Below, piece after piece: positions 23,076 to 35,261 of a DNA stretch of 64,000 nucleotides. A program made the position numbers and the translations under genes. The notes under the pieces are model-generated. The model was not told the origin of the DNA. It searched no databases and worked only from the letters and a program-made list of their open reading frames with translations. Position 1 is the stretch's first letter, and each line of letters starts with the position of its first letter. Source of the DNA: Chara braunii (lineage: Eukaryota; Plantae; Charophyceae); NCBI GenBank assembly GCA_003427395.1, contig BFEA01000028.1, positions 3,291,188-3,355,187 on the forward strand, given 5' to 3'.

Positions 23076-24593
23076 GTTCCGTTCATCGAATTCTTGTGGG
23101 GTTCTGACGAACCTACTAGGACACTTACAGCGAGAACAACACAGCTCTGAAAATTTATCAGACACTACGACCTGGGACAGGAGGATATGGTAGGATAGCT
23201 GTGGAAAGGAAAGGACTGGGAACTTTAGATAGTCTCCTGCTTTCCAACGTCCCTCCCATCCCTCATTGCCCTCCTGGACTCTATGTGCCTATCTTCCATT
23301 TTGTATCTTGTATCTTATGCTTGCCGGCGGTAAGCAACCGGATGGTGTCCCCTAGATTATAAATGGGAATCCTGTTGTTCAAAAAAAGAAAAGAATACAC
23401 AATGCACACACATGCACTTAAACGCAAGTGCCCATGTGCACACAAACGCAGATAACATGGGAGTGTTTCCTTCTTTTTTTTTTTTCTGAATGGGAATGTT
23501 TCCTTCATACATTGAAAACTGTTGTTTGGCAGCGAAGCTGCATCACGTCATCTAGCCCTCATAAATGCTCTTGCTCGTAAACGGCTTCGCATCTCAGGCT
23601 GTCCCGATGGAGTTCTCATGTCGTTACAACAGATCAATACTCTCACAACCACCAGAAACATACTGGACTCCACAGGTTATTGTTAGGAGGGAAACACACC
23701 AATTCACTGAAAATAGCATTCATTAGCATACCTGTGCACATTAATGATTTGCTGCAAACCAGCCCTGGTTGCTGAACAGCAGCGCCCCCATAAGCTACGG
23801 CAATTTGTATCAGCTGGCACTGTTTTCACAGCAAACAGCAATGATGTAAGTTAGGTCTTTCTGGCATGGGCCTTTTGAGAATCAACCGAGCCAGATCAGA
23901 GGAAGACGGTGTTGAGAAGGCAGATCATGTCTATCAGAAACACTCTACCATGAGCAATCTGTTGATTTCACGTTTCTGTGAGGAGACAGTGCAAGAGTGG
24001 CACACACACACACACACACACACACACTTGGGTGCGGCCGAGCATGAATCTGGATGTGCTTTATTGAAGTTCCATTATGACAGGTACTCAGGGTTCAAGC
24101 CTTAGGACACTCACACTAGCACATTTTTACTTCTTCCTGGACACAATTGTGGCCAGATACATACAGCTCTGGCTGTAAATGTGGGCAGATGCATTGTGTC
24201 ATACAGTCTGTCTTAGTCGTACATCTCTTACCTTCTGCTCTGAAAAGGGGAGGGGGCCTGCTAGGATTGGCAACACTTATCACACAGCCAGCCATTCTCA
24301 GACTGACAAGGCAGGTGGCCCCCTAAAGCCATTTTCTAGCAGGTGATGCTCCCCACCAATTGATCTCGTATCATGTACATTATGAGGGATGCTGGACCCG
24401 CTTTCCAGCAGGTGATACTCCCAGAGTCCCCACCAATAGATCGGAGCCATCCCCTGGGGTGCTACTGGGGTCTGCTCATATACCAGCACCACTAGCATGA
24501 CCGACACATGTGTTTTCCCAAAAAAAAAAAAAAAAGAAAAAAAAAAAGAAAGAAAAAAAAAAAGAAAGAAAAGAAAAGAAAAGAAAGAAAGAA

Positions 24594-24734
24594 GGATAGT
24601 GATTGTATGAGTAGTAGAGATAGACTCCATGCATAGGACAGGATAGTGATTGTATGAGTAGTAGAGATAGACTCCATGCATAGGACAGGATAATGATTGT
24701 ATGAGTGGTAGAGATATACTCCATGCATAGGACA
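24594..24734. repeat. 47-bp minisatellite, 3 copies
   Basis: GGATAGTGATTGTATGAGTAGTAGAGATAGACTCCATGCATAGGACA at 24594, 24641 and 24688. Confidence 0.92.
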
Positions 24735-26504
24735 CAACCAAGTGTCAAAAAATACACTCAAGGTATGAAAGATAGACGAAATCATGCAAAAGAGGAAGAG
24801 GGAGAAGAAAAAGACGAAGAAGTTGAAAAACCCCCAGGGCATCAGCTCGTAAAATATTCAATGAAGTGCGCGAAAAGGATGGCGATCTTGGCGAAGATTG
24901 CCATAGCGTGAAGAGCCAACTGGCGATTGTCCCATTCTTAAACCACCAGTACTTGGCCCAGCTATTGGCCGCGGGAAAAAGTAGAGTAGAAAATTAGACA
25001 TGTTTCTAGTCGGATGAATTTGGGTGCTCCTGTAGTGGCCCGTACATTTCCTAAAGTCGTGGCTTGTTTACGGGCACAACTTTAGGTAGTACTCCTGGTT
25101 TGAAACCACTTTTCTTGAGAGGTTGGCCATTGCCGCACAGCCTCTCGAATCCCTGACGGAGATAGAGGGGGGGGGGAAGGGGGGGAGAAGGGAGATTTCA
25201 GACAAGTATTTCGCGTGGCCCTCTCAAAAACCACTGCATCACCAGACTGACGTGACCCTCTTGAAAATCACCATATCCCCAGACAGAAGTGACTCTCTAG
25301 AGTTCTACGCCTTCTCTCCACAGCATCTTGAGACGTTGAGGTTGGGTTAGAGAGATGTTTGTCCTGTCCTCAGGGCAGTTCATCCTTCCCCCATTCGTGA
25401 GGGCTGTGTGGTGAATGGGTCCAAACTCACGGACCAACTCTCAAAGACCTCAGAAAAAGCCTCACCGTCAGATATTACGCATAATCAAGCCATCAATGTC
25501 AGATAGACTTGTCCTGACTAGAGTCCAACCGCAAGATGCTGAGGTATGTCCCTTCCCAACTACCGTCTTCACCCGGTCGTCACCCAAATAGAACGCCCAG
25601 TTGGGTAGCTTCGGTAGCCTCAGGACCTGAGGCGGCATCCAGATTCATGATCGTAATTCAGTCCTCTTTGCTGCAGGTGGGACTTCACAACGGGGGTCTC
25701 AAACCCACATCCTGGAGCAAGGTCCCTCTTGCAAAGAGGATTGGACTGAACGCCTGAATCTGGACGGGTTTCAGCCAGAGATGCCGAGAAGCTGATCAGT
25801 AGCCATTTTATGCACCTGTCGAACAATCTCATCCAGATCCAGAGGTAAAATCCAATCCTCCCTGCTAGTGGGACCTCACCACTGGGACCAGGCAAAAGGG
25901 GGGAAAAAATAATGAGAGAAAAATAACATGGCTGCAGTTAAGGGTGCGCGGTCAAGGATTGTATATGTTCGAGTAGTGATCGAGAAACTTTCGAAGAGTT
26001 TGGGAGGGTTGGAATAAGCGTGCTGAATCTGGAGAGGGTCAGAAAATCGCGACCGATCTGCTTTTCTGCATCTCTCAGTGATACACGTCCACAATCAGGC
26101 GCTTAATCTGGTCCTCTTATTAGCTATTGGGACCTTGCCCCAGCGGGGGTCCAAACAGGTATCATCATAGTATCATCATGGAACACACCCCCCACACACA
26201 CAAAAAAAAAGAACAGAAAAGGAAGGAACCAACTAATTGCTTCCTTGTGGTGGCCAAATTGCTTCCTACCTCTAACCCTCCCCCCCTGTCCAAAAAAATA
26301 ACAAAAAATAAAAAATAAAAAAATCCGAACATGATTTGATGGATTGGGTTGGATTATAAACAATCAAAACGTACAATGCATATTTCAGCGTTTCCCGCGT
26401 GTCTATCCGTCATCGGATTTGTTGGTTTGAAAAAAAGACGAAAGCGGGTCATCGGGGATAAGAAAAAAGGCCTGCTCGTAAAAAGACTGCAACGATGCAG
26501 GGGC

Positions 26505-27433
26505 AGTCTGAGTCTAGGGCCTGTGCGGACGATATCAGAGCCTGCAATGATGTTTCCCTCCGAAAGGAAGGAGGTACCGGATGCTTGAAGGCCGCGCGGC
26601 CTGGAAGTCACCGCCCAAGGAGGCTGCCTCACTATATCTCCAGGAAGAGCAATGAGCTCTTCCTCATTTGCTGCGTGCAAGTTTGGGCGACATGCTGCTG
26701 GAGCGTGTGGTGAAGCAGCGCTAGTGTACTGCGCTGAGGGAGGACGAGGAGCACCCAGCTCCCCACCCTGGCTATGGTGGAGCAGCTCGGGCAGGAGGAG
26801 GAGGAATAAGGGACTAGGAGAGGGGAGCACCAGGGGTACTTACCTGCCTATGGTGGATGCCATCTTCATCACCTTGGTGGGCGCTGCATCTGGAAGGTCC
26901 CCGTTGGGGTAGAGCTGCATCAAGAGGCTTCGAGGCAGAGTCAAGCATGGCGGCCTGCAAGGAAGAGGCCATAGCTGCTTTGTGTTGTCTTTTGCACGTC
27001 AGGGCAGGGCCCTTAGTAGTCCATGATAGCCTCGGCCTGGATGAAGAAGGAAGAGGAAGGCGTCCACGGCTATGGTGGACCTCAAGTTGTGCTGGCAGTA
27101 AAAGAGGGAATCAGACATTGATTCCGGTTCTGCCGTTCATCATCATTATTATTATTATTTATTGTTTGAATAAAAGGGGAGGAGAAAAGGAGAAGGAGTT
27201 TGGTTGGTGAGAAGAAGGGGGAATTATCATTGGCCTTTTGCTGGTGTACATCTTCTTCTTTCTTTCTTCTTTCTTTCTTCTTTCTTTCTTCTTTCTTTCT
27301 TTTTTCTTCTTCTTTCTTTCTTCTTCTTCTTCTTTCCCTCTCTCTCCTCTCAAGCTCATTCATTTCTTTTGCAATTGAACGGCATGGTACTTTCTCGTGA
27401 TTTTGCACTTTGAAATTGGCCAGGATCGTTACA
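26505..27433 (+). mobile_element. Truncated LTR of family 1 (opposite orientation)
   Basis: Reverse complement of 515-~1460; ends GGCCAGGATCGTTACA. Confidence 0.85.
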
Positions 27434-27629
27434 CAGCAGAGAAGCCAACTTCAGGAACCCCATCTGAACATAAGAGACAGCAGGCAGGACTTAGTTGCGA
27501 AGTCAAATAAGGACAACAAGTTTTTTGCCAGTCTGTTCCTTCATTCTCGCATGCAAGTCTAATCTCACAGGCGCCAGAAAGGGTCTGCGAGACGTGGAGA
27601 ATGAATGGCCGTCAATCCTCGCTAGAATA

Positions 27630-27810
27630 GAGTAATAATTTAATAAATGCTGTACAGGGATCCTTCAGACAAATGGAAGGAAGCGTGATTGTGTACATGC
27701 TGTATTCCATGACGTGCCGATGGAAAAGGAACCGGATTCACGCTCCCCAGAATGGATATGGTGCCAGAACCATAAGAAGCTGTTCATAAAAAAGCAAACA
27801 AAAACAAAAG
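27630..27810 (+). mobile_element. Diverged LINE 3'-tail insertion
   Basis: GCCGATGGAAAAGGAACCGGATTCACGCTCCCCAGAAT followed by an A-rich tail. Confidence 0.7.
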
Positions 27811-28199
27811 GTGATATGCTGCGAGTGACATGTGTTTAAAGCTAAGCCATTGCTTCGTGATCCAATCCCTCAATTGTTGTGTATGCTTCTCGGCTTACAG
27901 AGTTGAGCTCAGGTATCAGCATGTACGAGGCTTTTTTTTCTGTGGTTGAAATTGGTCGCTCATTGCAAGACCATCTAGGCCTTCGAGTAAGCACCAACGG
28001 TTATGCTATATTTTTGGCATTACACGCTAGTCCAATTCGGCCATTGTGAAACTGCACTGCTGAGCCCTCACAAAACCATGCAAAAGCCTATCTTACGCCC
28101 ATGCCCTTCACACCTTTCCTCCCTCCCATGGAGTCCCACTACAATTATCCCCCCCATGCCAACTTTTTCACGTGCAACCGTCCCAGAACACAACATCCA

Positions 28200-28823
28200 C
28201 ATTAGAATCTCGAAATCTCATCCCTAAGATAGAAAGCATTGGTGACACAAGATTTGGTCTGTGGGCATCAACAGTCCAATATAGTTGTCGTGCCTGGTGT
28301 GGCATGAATTAAATCCTGCATCAGACTTGAGGGGACAATGTCTGTGATCCAACCCCACTCACCCCCTTCCCCTCCACCCTTCCATTGACAAAAAGTACAG
28401 AGACGGAAAGACGGAAGCACAGGTCTGCAGTGCTCACTCACATAAAAAGGGTTCTTGCCAAGTGTTGAGGTGCTGTACTCCCATATTTGTACTTTCCAAC
28501 CGTCCGAGAACACAACACTCGCATTGGAATCTCAAATCTCGTCCCTAAGATAGAAAGCATTGGTGACACAAGATTTGGTCTGTGGACATCAACAGTCCAA
28601 TATAGTTATCGTGCCTGGTGTGGCATGAGTTAAATCCTGCATCATATATCAACGACAGCCTTGAGGGAACAATGTCTGTGATCCAACCCCCCTCTACCCC
28701 CTTCCCCTCCACCCTTCCATTGACAAAAAGTACAGAGCCGGAAAGATGGAAGCACAGGTCTGCATTGCTCACTCACATAAAAAGGGTTCTTGCCGAGTGT
28801 TGAGGTGCAGTACTCCCATATTT
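28200..28823. repeat. ~320-bp diverged tandem duplication
   Basis: TCCCTAAGATAGAAAGCATTGGTGACACAAG...ACTCCCATATTTGT occurs twice. Confidence 0.9.
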
Positions 28824-29566
28824 GTCTTGCAGTAGTGCTGCTATTTTGTAAAGCATTTGAGGAGTTGCTTTCAGTGAAGCGTTGAACAATACTTAGGCAC
28901 TCATCGCACAACTTGCATTTGCTAATGCAGTATGCTTTTGTTCGACACAATGGCTTTCTGGTGGCTTTGTCCTCGATGCGCTCACATTGCTGCATATTCT
29001 TATAGCTGTCAAAGCACACTTGCCATGCTGCAGCCAACCAAAAAGAGAGAGCAAACAATTGGGTCAATCACTTAGAAGACCATCACATATTCTCATACCA
29101 CTTACTGCATCAATGGTGATTTTGTAGAGAAGTACTAAGCACTGTAAGCAGACTATAAAAATCCTTGTCGTCAGAAGACTCGAAATCAGAAACTTCCGAA
29201 GTTAATTTCTCCAGAGGGGCGTCGTGATTTTCGTTCTGCACATCAGGATTTTGGTCTTGGCTCTCCCAACACTATCCTGCTAGACATTCATCACTAATTG
29301 GGTTCCAAGTTCCAACCTTTCCATGGGTCGGTGACATTCCTACGAACAGCCTGCCTTCAGTGCCTTGGCAATTCTCCTGATTTCATGAGCTCAGTTTCCT
29401 TCACCCATTTGATTTGTTGCATTGTTTTGATTGAACTTCATTGCCATGTGCTCTTTGTTGTCATCTCCTTTAGATATGGCTCTGGACGTGACTTTGTTTG
29501 GATTTCTGCTTCTCATTTCTTCTTTTTTTTTGTTTTAGCTTAAACCACCACTACCTTTCATGATGT

Positions 29567-32500
29567 TGTTATGATCCTGGCCAATTTCGAAATACACATT
29601 CATCAGATAGTACAATGCCGTCCAATTGCAAAAAGAAATGAATGAACTTGAGAGGAGAGAGAGGGTTAGGAGAAGAAGAAGAAGAAAGAAAGACGAAGAA
29701 GATGATATACACCAGCATAGACCAATGAGAAAGCTCTTCTTCTTCACCAATCACTCTCCTCCTCCTTATCTCCTCCTCTCTTATTCACACAAGAAATAAT
29801 AGTACAATGTTGAATGATGTCTGAATCCCTCTTCTACTGTAGGTATCACTTGAGGTCCACCATAGCCATGGCCGCCTCTCCCAGTCTTCACTCTCATAGG
29901 CCGAGGCTATGGCGGACTACTAGGGCCTTGCCCTGATGTGCAAAGGACAACCCAAAGCAGCTATGGCTGCCCTAGCTCAGGCCGCCATGCCTGACTCTGC
30001 CTTGAAGCTTCTTGGTGTAGCTCTTCCCCAACTGGGGTCTTCTTCCTGCAACGCCCACCAAGGTGTTGAAGATGGCTGCCACCATAGCCAGGTAAGTACC
30101 TCTGGCGCTCCTCCCTAGCCCTGGCCTTCTTCCTCCTCCGTGTCCTTGCTCCTTCCCCAGCAGCGCTGCTGAATGCTAGCGCTGCTCCAGTCAGCGCTCC
30201 AACCAGTGTGTCGCCAAACTTGCACACCGACAATGAGGCTGGGCTCTTCACCTGGCCTGGAGATATAGCGGCCTGCTTGCCTCTTGGGCGGTGACTTCCA
30301 GGCCGCTCGGCCTTCCAAGCAACCGGTACCTCCTCCCTTCCGGAGGGATACATCATTGCAGACTCTGATATTGCCCGTACAGGCCCTATAATCAGACTGG
30401 TTGGACTGGTACCCACCTAGACCTAGCCTACAACTACTGGGCCTCTAAAAAAATGCCACTTTGTCTTCTTCTGCTCGGCCTCGAGTACCCGGCACATCTA
30501 CCTCTTCAGGGTGTGGTACCGGCCTACCTGCTACTTGAGTGTTTCCCCGCTGCTTCAAGTGTTGAGGGCCTCTTCCCCCACCACTTGAGTGTTTCCCCCC
30601 CTGCAATCCTCAATGTCACGGCCACAGGTGAGTACCGGCCCTGAGGGCCCAACGAATGAACAAGTGCCCTTGCGGGTCACACACACACCCAAGCCATCAA
30701 GCACTCAGACAGACATGCAGACCAGCAAGCGTGCACACACACAGGCTTAGAGAACTTAGTAGCAAGCGGGAAACTCAGCAAGGCATTCAGTCCATGGGCA
30801 AATCAGCTGTGTGTCTCAGTCCGTGTTTGGTCAGGTCATCACAATACCCCCCCCTTAAGAGCGAGGTCCCTTCGAGCAAGTAACTCAGTCTGAATCCCCG
30901 ACAAACGCGTCGTAAGCAAACAAAGCAAAGAGATTTCGGGAGTACTCTGTCGCAGTGAGCTTTGCAAACATTTTAGGTACAGCATTAGAGGCGATTTGTC
31001 GCTCATAGGCTTTAACAACGCGAGGTGCGCTGCGCAGCAGTTCCTTTTTGGAAATCCAGTATAGATCGTCCAACGGGTGATACATAAAGTGAACCTGATA
31101 CTGTCTGTTACGTCCCTGCCCTACGTGCTGTTTGATTCTATCTATCTCATGACCGCCATTGATCGCACGAGGAATCATGTCTTCACGGTAATCGAAGGAC
31201 TTAGCATCACGGTGTATATACAGTTTTGATGCATGAGAGACGGGGTATGTGTGCAGATGAGGCGACACAGCAACTGTGTATGAAGGGCCGAACACATCCT
31301 TGCACGAACCGTAATAGAGCTGGAGAAGTTTGCATGACACTCCCTCTTCTTCTGAGAATTCAGACATCTTGACCCAGACATAACTTCCCACTTCAATATC
31401 TGAAGGTTTGCGCTTCTTGTTTGCATGATGGATCATTGCGTGCTGTCGCTTGGTCATTGCTGTGATGGCGACTTTGAGCAAGTGATCGTACTTGGCGTTG
31501 AAGCCAGGCCTGCCTGGCGTTAGACCAGCTGGCTGTTCAAGGAATCAGTAGGAGAGAGGATTACGAATCTGCCAACTGTAATGCAGCCTGTTTGGCACCA
31601 TGCCTGTGAAAGAATGGATGGAGTTGTTGTACAACCCCTTGACTAAATACAACTCTTCATCTCACGTTTCCTGATCCGGAATGATTAAAGCGCGGAGAAG
31701 TTGGAACACCGTCTGGTTGATCTCCTCGGCCAAACCGTTGGCTTCGGGATGTCGGCCAGATGTCACGCATAGCCTGAGACCAGGGAGTTGGGACGTGAAG
31801 TCCTTCCATTCAATACTTATGAAGCGCGGGTCCCGATCACTCACAAGAGTTTTCGGGGTTCCGAACTGCAGAATGTACTTCTGTTTGAACTCACGGATCA
31901 CTAATTCAGTTGGGGCATGAGACGACAAAGGAATTAGATTGAGGAATTTAGAGAAGCGGTCAACAATCACCATTACTTGTGAATAGTCGTTCTTACTTAC
32001 CTTTCCCATGCAGGTGAAGTCGATACAGACGGACTCTCAAGGTCCATCGGGAATGGGAAGGGGTGTAAGTAGTCCCATGAACTTTTGTTTACATGGTTTG
32101 ATTCGTTGACATACTAGACACTCAGCCACAAACTTTTCAGCAGATCCCTTCCTACCAGGCCAATCAAACTGTCTCAATAGGCTTCCGTACGTCTTTGCCA
32201 TGCCGAAGTGTCCCCTTCGGCCATGAGCCAAGTCCAAGAAGTGTGTGCGGAGAGGCTCATGGTTGGGCACACACAAAAGGTCGTGATTTCCATAACGTCG
32301 GAAAACTAGTCCTCCATATTCGTGAAAATCAGGCTGACTATTGGGGTCAGCCTGCAACTGCTCAAGAAGGTCCGGGTCCTTGGCAGTGTGTTATACTCCT
32401 TCAGTTTCTTCCGGAGGTCGTAGGAATTCACTAGGCAAGTCATGTACTCGGGGTGGCGAGACAACGTATCAGCAACTCGATTATAACAACCCTTTTTATG

Positions 32501-35050
32501 TCTTACTTCAAAGTTAAAAATGTCGATCTCATGGAACCAGCGAAGGTAGGGGACAGGGTGGTTTGCTCTTTGATCCACTTCAAAGTCTCATTATTTGAGA
32601 ACACTTTGAAGTGGCATCCCAAAAAATAGTGCTTCCAATTATCCAAATCCATACGCAAAGCATAAAGCTCACGCATGTAGGTGGAAGTGGCTACTTTTTC
32701 GTTGGGCATGCGTTTGTTGTAGTATTTGAGTGGCCACAAGCCATCATAGTCATCTTGTTGCAGCACTGCGCCAATCCCATATTGGCTAGCATCCGTAGTA
32801 ACCACGAATGTTAGTTTTGAATCTGCAATGCGAAGTACAGGGTAACTTACCAAGGCCTTGTTCAGGGTTTGAAATGCGATCTCACACGTTGCGTCCCATG
32901 CGTAAGATACATTCTTACTTGTCAATTGGGACAACGGGCGAGCAACAATAGAGAATTGAGGGAAAAACTTCCTACAGTAAGATGCGAGACCAAGGAAAGA
33001 ACGTAGTTCGCGGATGTTTATGGGTTGAGGTCAGTTGCGTATGACCTCAACCTTGGTTGCCTCAGTCTCGAGGCCTGCAGCAGACAACCGATGCACAAGA
33101 TAGATGACACTATCCCTCCCAAACTCATATTTTTGTAAGTTGAGATGGAGTTGTATTTTCTTGAAGATGGTGAACAATTCCTCAAGGTGTTTCATGTGTT
33201 CCTCGATGGATTTGCTGAAGATCAAAATATCATCGAGATACACAACCACAAACCGACCAATCTGTTCATGGAGGACCTTATCCATAAGGCTTTGAAAGGT
33301 GGCTGGTGCGTTCGTGAGGCCGAAGGGCATTACTGTAAATTTGTAAAGCCCATCGCGTGTCTTGAACGCAGTTTTGTGCTGGTCCGCAGGATCAACATCA
33401 ATCTGGTGGTAGCCAGACTTCATATCGATTTTGGAGAAGACCTTGCACCCACCGACAACATCAAGCAAGTCATCTATGCATGGCAATGGGTATGCATTAT
33501 TTCTAGTGATGCGGTTTAGACCGCGATAATCGATACACATACGGAGCTTGCCTCCTTTCTTTGGGACAAACAAAACAGGTGCACCAAATTCAAACTCGCT
33601 AGGTTTGATCCAACCCTTGTCGATCATTTCGTCGATTTGCTTCCAGATTTCTTCCAACTAGCCGGATCCCATTCGGTACACGCAACCGTTTGGCGGAACA
33701 ACACCCTCGACCAACTCGATTGTGTGTCGGACCGATCGTGCGGGAACTCCACGTGGCTCGACCAGAACTTTCGGGAATCGATCAAGTAAGTTTTGAATGT
33801 TGGTTGGGACCGGTGGGGATAAAGGATCAGCAAACGGGTCCCCTAGATCAGGTTGCAGATTGTGAATGGAAGCGACTGAATTTGAAGTAGTGTCATGTGG
33901 ACTACTAGAAGGTAGAGACGTAGAAGTGCTAGAAGTAGACTCGTTAGGTGAAGTAGTATTGGTACAAGCCGCAAAAGTAGATGGCACATGAGTAGGGCGA
34001 ACATAGGGAACATACATTTGTTCGTCCTCTTTGTGCTTGTGCCACTTTTTGCAGAACTGCATGGCGTTGAGAAAAGTCATTAGGGACTCGTGCTTCTCAT
34101 CCAAAAGGACGGGGAACTCGTTCCCTTGAGCATCTTTGAACGTGAAAAATGGCTCTTTCCACTTATTCACATTGGGACTGCAGCCAGCCCAAGCCAAGGA
34201 CTGCATCGAGGGGACACTTGTCAAGGACACTTGTAAAGGACATAGAAGTTCAAGGCGTTGAGAAAAGTATTGTCCTTGTCAAAGGTAGTGCGCACACCTT
34301 TGACTGCATGAGTAGATGAGACGACCTCTTTGTTGCCAACTTGAGTCCGACAAGGGTTCTGCAAAGCCACTTGCTTCATCCCCAAGCCCACTTTGCATAT
34401 CCCGTGTGGTGACATGAAGTTAGTTGTCGCACCACAATCAATCAAGACACGGAGATAGCGGTGGTTTATGAGAAGTTTGAAGAAGATTAACTTCACTGTC
34501 CCTTAAGCACGCCGATGTTTCATATCAGCCCAATGCTCTAAGTGATAGTGAAAGTTGTCCATCTCAGATTCCTCCCAAGGCTCTACATACAAAGCATGGC
34601 AAACTTCAGCCTTGGATTCAACAGGCGATGGGGCTTCAAGAGAGGATTGTTGATCTTCATCAGGTTCAGCCTCCCTTGTCGTAGAGGATGCTGATGTCAA
34701 CTCTATGCCCGGTTCTAGTTTCCCTGCAGCCTATAACATTCTTGTACTTTGTGGTTCGGTTTGTGGCAATGCAGGCATACCCCTTTCTTGAGCCTAATCC
34801 TCCAATCATTTTCAGTGATCCGAAGGTCAACCCACGGTTTAGTGGCTGCATTTTGACTCCCTTGGGAAGTTGGACATAGTTCTTCCCTGAATTCCGTTTT
34901 GGTCCCTTTACGTTGGCAGACTTTCTAAAGGCATTTAATTTTTCTTCTTCATTATTCACATTAGAGTCATGGGCTGAAGAGTAGGTTGTGTCACGGTCCT
35001 GTTCTTGGTCGTCACCAAGAGTAGGGTCGTCTGCATAAGCCTCCTCCAAT
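29567..35050 (-). mobile_element. Decayed Ty3/gypsy chromovirus-like element (gag end, PR, RT, RH, IN, chromodomain, PPT, 3' LTR)
   Basis: Zinc knuckle CLHCHKPNHKVQEC (34736-34777), PR LIDCGAT, RT YLDD, RH TDASQYGIGAVL, IN HHCC and SDRD. PPT at 30844-30856; LTR at 29567-30843. Confidence 0.93.
30885..34496 (-). pseudogene. Ty3/gypsy pol with C-terminal chromodomain (disrupted)
   Basis: ORF fragments 34221-34496, 33031-33657, 32503-32934, 32037-32357, 31662-32009 and 30885-31481. Chromodomain reads HEIDRIKQH..RQYQVHF..DLYWISKKEL. Confidence 0.92.
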
Positions 35051-35261
35051 AGGTCATGCCTGTTGTGGTAATGAGGTCTTTGGCCTAGTTAGCCTTGGGC
35101 CTAGTTCTCTTGGTTACGGTACTTTGCGCAAACCAAGGCAAAGGCTTGGTTTGCGCGGAATAGGACCAATCACGGTTAGTCCGCGCGTACCTAGCTTAGC
35201 CTTGGGCCTAGTTCTGTTCGTTACGGTACTTTGCTTGCTTGCCTCTGTCCGTGTCACCCGT

